From: a virus
Taxonomy: Duplodnaviria; Heunggongvirae; Uroviricota; Caudoviricetes
Virus record (IMG/VR): IMGVR_UViG_3300037510_000569
Location: 1-62,731 of that record
DNA length: 62,731 nt
Reading direction: 5' to 3' (one strand)
Of the stretch, positions 27,101 to 34,534 are shown piece by piece. The notes under the pieces are model-generated. The model made no database searches and had not been told where the DNA came from. It was given only the letters and a program-made list of their open reading frames with translations. Both the position numbers and the translations under genes were made by a program. Each line of letters opens with the position of its first letter. The first letter of the stretch is position 1.

Positions 27101-28333
27101 CTGGGGGACTACGAGGGCGACGAGACGATGACCCGCTTCTACGTCGCCCGGCGCACCTCAGAGCCCGTCGATCCACCCGGTGGGGAGACCGAGCCAGGCG
27201 GTGTGAAGAAGGTCAGCGCAGCGGACGCACTGGAGCTGCTGAACAAATCCCGCGACCGCGACATCCTCCTCGACGTGGTCAACGGCGAGTGGCCTGCAGG
27301 CGATCGCACCGACCACGAGCCACCCGAGGGGCCGCCACAGCTGGCCTACCCGCTGGTGGACGGCAAGACCGAGCGATGGAAGGGCGCAAGCCAGGAGCTG
27401 GGAGAAGGGTTCATGGCCGACGCCCTGCTCGGCAACTGGGACGTGGTGGGCCTCCAGCAGGACAACGTGCTCTGGACCGCCGACGGCCGCCCGGTGCGCG
27501 TCGACCAGGGCGGCACCTTCGAGTTCCGCGCGATGGGGAAGGAGAAGCCCTTCGGCCCCGTGCCAACGGAGGTCTGGACGATGCGCTCGCCCAAGGGCCA
27601 GGCGTTCGGGCGCATGGCGCTCAGCGAGGAGATGATGCGCGACCAGGCCCGAGACATCTCGGAGCGGCTGACCCCGCAGCGGATCGACGAGCTGATCGAC
27701 CAGACGCCCTTCGCCGACGAGGAGATGCGAGATCGCGTGCGCGGCAATCTGAAGGCCAGGGTCACGTTCATGCGCGGGATCGCCGAGGGCACCGAGGAGC
27801 TCCCAGGCCCGCTGCGCGGCGAGGAAGCCGATCTCCAGCTCGAGCAGGACCTCGCTCACCTCGAGCCGCTCTACCCCGAGGAGGAACGAGCGATCAGCCA
27901 TCTGCTCGAGGACGGCGAGGACATCGACAACCATCTGCGCAGCGGAGCGCCCAAGCAGGCGGCTTCCCTCGAGGTGCAGGGCTCCGTCGAACAGCTGGAC
28001 GCGCTGCTCGGCCAGGCCCGCGCCGGCGAAGACTTCAACGCCTACGTGCCGATCGCCTTCGAGACGCTGGGGGCCGATGGCGACGCGCTCGCCGGCAAAC
28101 GCTTCAAGGAGGCCAGCTACCTGACCGCCTCGACCGATGAGACGAGCGCCAGGGCGGCCGGGAAGGCGGTGCTCAGGCTTCTGGTCCCCGAGGGCACGAG
28201 GGTGTTGAGCACGAGCGCAGCGGGGCTGTCAACCGAGCCCGGCGCGGTCCTCTTCAAGCGCGGCACCCAGGTGCGGATCGCCGGCGCGGCGATGGAGGAC
28301 GGGGTGGCCTACGTCGATGCCGTCGTCGGCTGA
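24134..28333 (+). CDS. MuF-like head morphogenesis protein fused to kinase-like, Nudix and ART-like domains
   Basis: MuF: WRL..HTIDC..PPRHAGCPC; kinase-like GGSNG..WLVK..ELLAN..Y and DALLGNWDVVG..DN..VRVDQGG; Nudix KGRLEKGLSPQQNARKELWEELG; ART-like YLTAST..VLFKRGT. Confidence 0.8.
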   Translation: MPREKPEEQRPGTSGVAAGTAAAGTATAGTAAPAPVTAGVGAVGIAQTTAAVLAALRAFWGGEDDFIWLYQSLLRRHPELQPDELKKLADRESAYGQEFRRRMAQRMERDVPRALATAEPKRALRKVLEREKRYTRQRQQAMLARSISTIERDSIKRISPLGAYWRLSPFVKEHTIDCIAMGGKFWPWEVLDVIHPPRHAGCPCELYGLEEAIQRGFLPFGFKPPHPADGIELARELQARFKELREALRPGEDLAELIDELESIRLQEAPWAKRFAKGTEKGGEFMPRRGGFSARLRSELAKSVDGLLRVGSGRGRARPQRAPIEPKPPGGHTPESYRRAWEKSEKVAEKLRAMPGGKGPRKAEGPPVAGEAGSPPKNFGEFSARVSSGAAKAAEANHAKLVFKGLEHDPEEPDTTALRWWDGHAAIGEDAPAHLEGGAAAQAGESDPKAASGVWLTYSRGAHESVGHGVNPITSSEYATPEGYALEEALAEEIGRDEARAWLAEDGHTDAIAWADANPDHPRALGAYSIERARLATLLDAALVAPADRRDLLRTMSLRQGHQARLNTLSALLANAAGLEPSAAAEMVRQRLAGEHDSELGLYDGVGAEAHLPVFQPAVDLPDEGGSKSSPEKPSEGATGASGGGSTTTPPTTLVDVSGPRGFDARHYSDPRRSLLAKMRALPEGKTIEMADGTKVKRGPKGSFRVTPPGGEQGKLYSTPQRAVNAETAGILERHGVGGAKLKAARGFAGAKKDAQRAPAEGDKEVRDGNPQFAGAAGVKTGPKEEVPRPENPGIPTYKEADLHLHDFKAAGGSNGAQFATDAAGSKWLVKAYRGNTDRVATELLANAVYRELGIEVPEAGKLGSGPDFSAIADEPLDEPPLPDLPPLPLSAGDNTAEGELTKGKFDAAISALKGKGKDKGKTPRKEQSTGLLVLEDDGSVWLFEPKGGFGGYQNTFSKGRLEKGLSPQQNARKELWEELGMRANPVAYLGDYEGDETMTRFYVARRTSEPVDPPGGETEPGGVKKVSAADALELLNKSRDRDILLDVVNGEWPAGDRTDHEPPEGPPQLAYPLVDGKTERWKGASQELGEGFMADALLGNWDVVGLQQDNVLWTADGRPVRVDQGGTFEFRAMGKEKPFGPVPTEVWTMRSPKGQAFGRMALSEEMMRDQARDISERLTPQRIDELIDQTPFADEEMRDRVRGNLKARVTFMRGIAEGTEELPGPLRGEEADLQLEQDLAHLEPLYPEEERAISHLLEDGEDIDNHLRSGAPKQAASLEVQGSVEQLDALLGQARAGEDFNAYVPIAFETLGADGDALAGKRFKEASYLTASTDETSARAAGKAVLRLLVPEGTRVLSTSAAGLSTEPGAVLFKRGTQVRIAGAAMEDGVAYVDAVVG

Positions 28334-28415
28334 GAAGCGACGCGGGCGAGGCCGCTTGGCCCTGTATCGGCCCGCGTAGCCGCGTAGAATCCTGCGGACC
28401 CGACCGAGGAGACTG

Positions 28416-28993
28416 ATGAACGACCGGACTTTCAAACGCGAGCAGATTCGACGCTCCGCTGTAGAACTTGCCGATGCCTTCCAAGAGGCCGCCGACGCGG
28501 AGGCAAGCGGCGACTTCGAGGCGATGGAGACGGCCGACCAGAAAGGCGTTCTCCAGTTGGTCGTGATCTCGATGGGCGCGCGCGAGTACGCGAAAATGGT
28601 CTTGCCGGACGTGGTGGACAAAGGGGTCTGACGTTGGCCTACATGCGCGGCGAGACCTACGTCTACCGGCACCTCAACGGCGACCTCCATCTCCACCGTG
28701 GCGGCGACTCCTTGGCGCTGGACTGGGAGAGCGCCGAGGAGTTGGTGGCGATGATCTGGCACGGCATGGACGAGGACGAGCGCAAGGCGGCGATGGAGCG
28801 CGCGTCGAAGCGCCACGGCGGCAACTTCGGCGCCGACGGCGTGCGGGTCGCGCTCGGCAAGCCGACCGTCATGGAGGAAGTCGGCACACTGACCGAGCGG
28901 GCGATGAAAGAGCGCTGCGCCCGCGACTCAGACTGGTGCGACGGAGAGATCTGCAAGATGCACGGGGTCGACTGCCCGAACGCTGACCGATAG
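28416..28993 (+). other. two hypothetical CDSs
   Basis: 28416-28631 (TAGAAT and CCGACCGAGGAG upstream), 28634-28993. Confidence 0.6.
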
Positions 28994-28996
28994 CAG

Positions 28997-29040
28997 TCCC
29001 GTATAACAGACATCCCCGGTAGCTGTTATAAAGGTCGGGA
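28997..29040. promoter_or_regulatory. inverted repeat / candidate operator
   Basis: TATAACAG 29002-29009 / CTGTTATA 29023-29030, flanked by TCCCG/CGGGA, ending at the ATG. Confidence 0.5.
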
Positions 29041-29576
29041 TGAAGAAGGTCGTCTACGGACTCGTCGATCCTCGTTCGGGCTCTATCCGCTACATCGGTT
29101 CGTCTCGCCGCGTCGGCGTTCGCTTCGATGAGCATCTGAGAGGCCGGACGGCGTCGACCGCACCTTGGGTGCAAGAACTGGCCGAGGCTGGCTTGGCTCC
29201 CGAACTACGTGTTGTTGTCCCGGAGACCGAAGACTGGCAGGCCGAGGAGATTCGGCTGATCCTCGAGACGACGGGCTTGCTCAACAAGCGGGCCGCTTCC
29301 GCTTCGCCCAGGCCACCGAGGAGTGAGGAAAACGAGCGGATCGACGCGGCGGTTGGCGGAGCCCTACGGGAGGCGCGTCAGGCGATTGGAATGAGTCAGC
29401 AGGAGGCGGCACAGGCCACCGGCGTGACCCAAGCGGCCATCTCCTTCTACGAGCGTGGGAAGCGGCGGCTGACGTTCGAAACTGCGGACAGACTCATCAC
29501 AGCTTACGGCGGAAAAGTCAGCGACCTTGAAGGACCCATAGACAAAGCAAAGCGGGCAATCCGCGGAGAGGACTGA
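29040..29576 (+). CDS. GIY-YIG-like nuclease fused to an XRE HTH
   Basis: VYGLVDPR..RYIGSS..RF.EH; LREARQAIGMSQQEAA..GVTQAAISFYERGKR. Confidence 0.8.
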   Translation: MKKVVYGLVDPRSGSIRYIGSSRRVGVRFDEHLRGRTASTAPWVQELAEAGLAPELRVVVPETEDWQAEEIRLILETTGLLNKRAASASPRPPRSEENERIDAAVGGALREARQAIGMSQQEAAQATGVTQAAISFYERGKRRLTFETADRLITAYGGKVSDLEGPIDKAKRAIRGED

Positions 29577-30341
29577 ATGGCGACCAAGACGAAGACGAGG
29601 AAACGGGCGAAAGCCAAGACCAAGACGGCGACCGAGACGATCCATCTCGGCCTGCTGATCGACGAGTCCGGCTCGATGGGCGGCAAGGAGGAGGCCGTCA
29701 TCACCGGGTGCAACGAGTTCATCCAGGGCTTGCGCGCCGACGAGCAGGTCGCGGCCAAAGAAGTGCGGGCGACCCTGGCGGTGTTCGACGCCAGCGCCGG
29801 CAACGAGGTCGTGCGGGTCAAGTACGAGGGCACGCCCCTGAGCGAGGTCCCCGAGCTGACCGCAGCGGACTACCGGCCGCGGGGCATGACGCCGCTGAAC
29901 GACGCCGTGCTCGAGGTCATCGGCCGGATGGAGCGCGAAACCGACGAGGGCGACAAGGCCATGCTGGTGATCTTCACCGACGGGCTGGAGAACGCATCCA
30001 ACGCCAGCAACGATCAGGTCCGGGAGAAGATCAGCGAGCGGGAGGCCGCGGGCTGGACCTTCATCTACCTGGGCGCCAACCAGGACGCCTGGGCCGCGGG
30101 CGGAGCGATCGGCGTCAGCGCGGGTTCGTCGAAGAACTTCATGGCGACTCGGCGCGGGACGGTCGGCACGATGCGGGCGGCTTCCTCGATGGCGGGTCTG
30201 TACGCGACCACCGACCGCGGGACCTACGACTCGACGATGGCCGCGCTCGGCGACGAAATCGGCGAGGACGGTCTGAGCGCGACCCAGGCCAAAGCCCTCG
30301 CGGACGCGCGCGCGAAGGCCAAAGGCGGTGAGGGATCGTGA
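29577..30341 (+). CDS. von Willebrand factor A domain protein
   Basis: MIDAS DESGS, GMTPLNDA, IFTDGLENAS, WTFIYLGAN. Confidence 0.85.
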   Translation: MATKTKTRKRAKAKTKTATETIHLGLLIDESGSMGGKEEAVITGCNEFIQGLRADEQVAAKEVRATLAVFDASAGNEVVRVKYEGTPLSEVPELTAADYRPRGMTPLNDAVLEVIGRMERETDEGDKAMLVIFTDGLENASNASNDQVREKISEREAAGWTFIYLGANQDAWAAGGAIGVSAGSSKNFMATRRGTVGTMRAASSMAGLYATTDRGTYDSTMAALGDEIGEDGLSATQAKALADARAKAKGGEGS

Positions 30342-32870
30342 GGTGCCCCAACTGCGGCTACGGCCGCTGTCCGTGCTGTGGTCGGGGCTACCGACCCTTC
30401 TGGCCGTGGCGCTGGGACTACGAAGGGTGCCCGCCGCCGCCGCCAGTCTGCCCGCCGGTGGTGAGGCCGCTTCTGCCCTCGCCCCCGCCGATCCATCCGA
30501 TCGACGCCGCCAGAGCCGCGATCCTCGCTTGAGGGTCGCGGCTAAACTGGTGTCCGATGGATAGCGCGAGGCGAAACCGCTTCCTCTCAGAACTGTCAGC
30601 CGACCTGCGCGCCGCCGAGCATGAGAACGCGCTGATCGTCGTCTTCGACCGCGGCCTGCGGGTCTACGAAAGGGCGCAGTGGCGCTGACCAACGACCCAG
30701 AGGCGGCTCGGCAGTCGGGGACCAAACCCAACGGCGAACAGGAGCTTTACGTGGTCCTCTCCGAGGAGGAGCGCGCCAAGGGGTTCGTCCGTCCGCTGCG
30801 CTTCGCCTACAAGCACATCGGCCCACCCGCTCCCCGGTTCCAGCTGGTCGATCTCACCGAGGAGCAACGCGAGGAACACGAGGGGCGGGGCTACGTCAAG
30901 TACGAGCCCTACCCGGAGTCCGAGCGGCCTTCGCTGGGCCGGTTCTGGACCCAGGACCAGCTCGACGGCGTGCTCGGCGGGTGCGGTGTCGTGACCACGA
31001 TGAACACGGCGATCGCCGAGACCTACGCGCGCGACCCGAGCTACTACGGCGGCACCTTCTGCGCGGGGTGCAAGAAGCACTTCCCGGTCGCCGAGTTCCT
31101 CTGGGACGGCACCGACCAGGTTGTCGGCTCCTAGCGAGAAAGACGAGCCGCGCTGCGACTACTGCCCGGAGGCGGCGCGCTGGTTGAGGTGGGTCGCGGA
31201 ATCGCCAGTCGACGAGTTCCAGCAGCGGGTGATGGGTTTCCCTGGCCCGACCTCGCGCGCACTCCGTGCCTGCGATGCGCACAAGGACAGGATCGAAGCC
31301 CTAGAATCAAGAGCACCCGACCAAGGAGACGTATGACCTCTTCGGACCCTACGGGCTGATGAGAGAAAAGCCTGAAGAGACCCGCGAAGACGTTTGCCAC
31401 GTTTGCGGTTGCGACCTCGACACGAGCAGGAAGCAGCAGATGATCGGGCCGGACTATCGGGCATGGTGCCCTCTCTGTGAGGAGTGGCGCGTGCCGATCG
31501 TCGTCCTCAACGAGGCGGCGTCGAAGCTGGTCAAGGACATTCTCGAAGAACCCGCGCAGCGGGTGATGAAGCGGGCGGGTTCCTGATGGGGGAGATTCTC
31601 GAAGTCATGGACGAGTTCGCCGACGCTCCGCAGAAAGAGATGAACCTCGACAGCCAGACGATGGATGAATGGTTTGTCGCGCGCGAAATCGACGGCAAGG
31701 AATTGGCAAAGGTGGTCCACGTCTTTATTCAGGTCGGTATGCGCTCGATTGGACGGGGCGGGCTCTCCACTGTTCTCGGCAGCGCCTTTCGGCTTGGCTA
31801 CGAGCTGGCGGCCAGGCGCTACGTCACCGAGATCCCGATGGGCGAGCAGAGGGCCGCTGAACGAGACGAAGCGTTTCGTGATCTAGCCGAGGTCGCCTAC
31901 GGTGATCGAGACGCTGTGTGGTCCTCGCCGCGGACCTTGGTGAGGGTGGCGATGGAGAAGGCGGCGAAACGCTGATGCGTTGCGTTGACGCCGCCGCCGC
32001 GCGCTTGCTGTTCCGCCTCGCGCACGAGCGTGGCCTGACGGTCGTCGATGCTTGGTCGCGCCAGCACATGCTCCGCGAAATGGGCGTGGTGATGGACGAT
32101 GAGTGAGCTTGCGGCCGAGGCCCTGGCGAAACGGTTCTGGGAGTTGCGGACCTTGGGCGAGGACCTGCCGCCCTGGGACCAGCTGAGCGAAGAGGAGCGC
32201 AGCGCGAAGGTGAGCAGCGCCGCGACCTTCCTCGAAGGGCTGCTCTTCCTCGATGGCGAGGTCGGCCAGCGCTGGTTCGTCGCCGTCAAGGATGGCCGGA
32301 TCGACCGAGATTGGCCCGCCAGCGCGGAGGGTCGTCAGGAGCCCAAAGAGCGGCTGTTTGGCGACGCTGACTCAATCGTCGCGGTGATCTCCCAGAAGGA
32401 GGCGCGCGCGCGTACGGCGGCAGAGGTTGAGCGAATACGGAAAGCGCTGGAAGACCTCGACCGCTATGTCGTCGGCACCGGCTCCAGCGGGGACCACTAC
32501 CAAGAGCGCACCGTGGGGCAGATGATCGTGATGAACAACGAGAACGCTCGCGGTGAGAAAGGGCAGTGGATCAGGCGGGCTGACGCTCTGGCGGCGATCG
32601 AGAAGGAGAAGGGCGTTGGCTGAGAAGCTCGTCCAGTGCCCCGGCTGCGCGCTGATGCTGTCCGAGGACGACGCCGCCGGCCAGGTCGCGCACATGCGCG
32701 AGGAGCACTCTGACATCGTGGACGAGCGCCTCGCCGAGGCGGGCTTCGAGTACGACGGCGAGCGCTGGATCGACCTACTGGTGGACGAGGGCGAGCGCGA
32801 CTCGAGGCCCGAAGAGTTCGAGCGCTTCATCGAGAAACACGGCGAGCATATGCTTCCCCCCGATGCCTAA
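30338..32870 (+). other. run of small hypothetical CDSs, several Zn-binding
   Basis: 30338-30532, 30557-30688, 30679-31134 (ETYARDPSYYGGTFCAGC), 31121-31336, 31359-31586, 31586-31975, 31975-32106, 32099-32623, 32616-32870. Confidence 0.6.
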
Positions 32871-32922
32871 GCCGCGCGATCGAAACACCTTCCCTCTACG
32901 ATCTCGTTCTCGAGCGGCACGC

Positions 32923-32974
32923 TGGGCGGTAGCTCAAGGGCAGAGCGCCGGGCTCATGGCCCGGTGGTTACCGG
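32923..32974 (+). pseudogene. 5' two-thirds of a tRNA-CAT (Met/Ile2), broken at the T-loop
   Basis: TGGGCGG TA GCTC..GAGC G CCGGG CT CAT GG CCCGG TGGTT ACCGG, then the ATG of the next gene where TTCGA is expected. Confidence 0.65.
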
Positions 32975-33550
32975 ATGCCTGACGACGCCCAGCCCGACGA
33001 TGGACCTGATATGACCGACCTTGAACTGCTCACCGAGAAGATCAAAGCCGTCCTCACGGCGGATGGCTTCGAGGTCGAGGGCGGTGCCTTGACTCACGTC
33101 GGCAACGTGACCGCCAAGAAGGACGGGGAGGTCCTACAGGTCAGGCTGACCCTCGGGGAGATCAAACCGCGCGAACCTTGACCCCGCCGAGTGGGAGGCT
33201 GTCAAGCGGTGAGCGCCTCAACCGATCGCTTCCCAGACGGTGCCGCCTTCCCCGAGGGCTACTTCCCGGTGGGCCAGCCCGTCGATGAAGGCGACGTTGT
33301 GCTCTACGCGCTCCAGCCCCAGAACGACTCCGTGGAGCACTGCTTCATCGTCCGCGCCTACCGCGGCGAGGAGCTGTTGGGCGAGAAGAAGATCCCGATG
33401 AGCCACGACAGCCGCTTCGGTATCGACGCGGAGGACGGCGCTGCGCTGGAGGCCGGGACCGACGAGTGGCTGGCCGAGATCAGGGGGGCGCTAGGCTTGA
33501 TCCATAGCAGGGCCGTAGCTCAGAGTACGTCGAGACCCCGGCCGCCCTAG
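32975..33550 (+). other. two hypothetical CDSs
   Basis: 32975-33181 and ~33191-33550, acidic, GC3-rich. Confidence 0.55.
33509..33548 (+). pseudogene. tRNA relic (acceptor/D start joined to a degenerate T arm)
   Basis: AGGGCCG TA GCTCAG ... GTCGAGA CCCCGG CCGCCCT. Confidence 0.4.
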
Positions 33551-33576
33551 CGGGCATAAGGTAGTCCGGGTCGTCA

Positions 33577-33669
33577 GGGGCGTAGCAGAGAGCACCGCCA
33601 ACGTGGCGTCCCGTTGATTGATCGCACAGGACGGGAGGGCGGCGGAAGGACGTGGGACTAGCTGCCCCA
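33577..33669 (+). ncRNA. structured tRNA-mosaic RNA of unknown class
   Basis: GGGGC..AGC/GCTGCCCC closing stem, TCCCGT/ACGGGA; contains GCCAACGTGG identical to the tRNA-Gly anticodon region; -10 TAAGGT at 33557. Confidence 0.35.
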
Positions 33670-33683
33670 CCGGCCCTGCATCT

Positions 33684-33756
33684 GCGGCTGAAGCTCTGTC
33701 GGTGGAGCGCCACGTTGCCAACGTGGAGGTCGCGGGTTCGATCCCCGCCAGCCGCT
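33684..33756 (+). tRNA. tRNA-Gly(GCC)
   Basis: Full cloverleaf, CCACG TT GCC AA CGTGG, U73; A at position 8; no encoded CCA. Confidence 0.9.
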
Positions 33757-33788
33757 CTGTCCGCACCTCCGTCTAGCGTTTCCCGTGG

Positions 33789-33977
33789 ATCGTCGCTTCG
33801 ATCTACAACATCTCTCCTCTCTGTCACCCCCCCAGCGCCCCGTCGTCTCCCTGTCGGCGGGGCGCTTGCGCTTCTGGCTCGCAGCGGCTACGGTGGCGAG
33901 CCACATAGCCGTCCTCGCCTCTAGATGTCCTGGTACGACTTGAGGGCGGCGCCCGAGATGTTGTAGAGAACGGCGAT
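33789..33977 (+). ncRNA. multi-branched structured ncRNA, unknown class
   Basis: P1 33789-33814/33955-33977 (13 perfect bp plus extension), 12-bp, 8-bp and 9-bp inner stems; G-U pairs indicate the + strand. Confidence 0.65.
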
Positions 33978-33978
33978 T

Positions 33979-34020
33979 CGCCTCCCCGAAGTGTTCAGTC
34001 GAATGTGGGGAGGCGTTTCG
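33979..34020 (+). terminator. intrinsic terminator
   Basis: CGCCTCCCC/GGGGAGGCG stem followed by TTTCGTT. Confidence 0.65.
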
Positions 34021-34048
34021 TTGTCCGGGGCGTCTTTAGGATCGGTAG

Positions 34049-34534
34049 ATGCCGTGGGAACACGTCAAATGCGGCACCGTTCACGAAGGCCGCGTGCCGC
34101 CGGTCAACTGCGCCTACTGCTGGCTCCACAACACGCACATCCCGGTCGTGCGCGGCGACAAGGACAGCGGCAAGGGCTGGCGCAAGGTCGGGGGCACTGG
34201 CCCGGTGGATGTGCCGCATCCCAACAACCGGAAGAGCCGACGCCGCGGCAACCGGCGCATCGGCCCCGAGCGGCGCGAGAAGCTCTATGAGCGCGACGGA
34301 TGGAAGTGTGTCGAGTGCGGCGAGGACGACAGTGCCCTGTTGACGCTCGACCACAAAATCCCGCGCTCCAAGGGCGGCGACAACAGCGATGACAATCTCC
34401 AGACGATGTGCCACGACTGCAACAACCGCAAGGGCGACAAGGTGCCGAACGGCGTCCGCTGGCCCTCCCAGAAGGAGATGCGCCGCGTCGATGCAGCGGT
34501 TAGGCTTCCCGCGGATGCCCGACCAGACTGCTGA
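34049..34534 (+). CDS. HNH endonuclease
   Basis: RDGWKCVECG..LTLDHKIPRSKGG..NLQTMCHDCNNRKG; leaderless TAGGAT promoter. Confidence 0.9.
   Translation: MPWEHVKCGTVHEGRVPPVNCAYCWLHNTHIPVVRGDKDSGKGWRKVGGTGPVDVPHPNNRKSRRRGNRRIGPERREKLYERDGWKCVECGEDDSALLTLDHKIPRSKGGDNSDDNLQTMCHDCNNRKGDKVPNGVRWPSQKEMRRVDAAVRLPADARPDC

Noticed and set aside
33789-33870. CsrA sponge on the minus strand (AGGGAG, AGGAG loops)
   Set aside because: G-U pairs work only on the plus strand, which also has the promoter and terminator.
34049-34534. IscB/Cas9-like RNA-guided nuclease
   Set aside because: 161 aa with an HNH domain only; no RuvC motifs or PLMP start.
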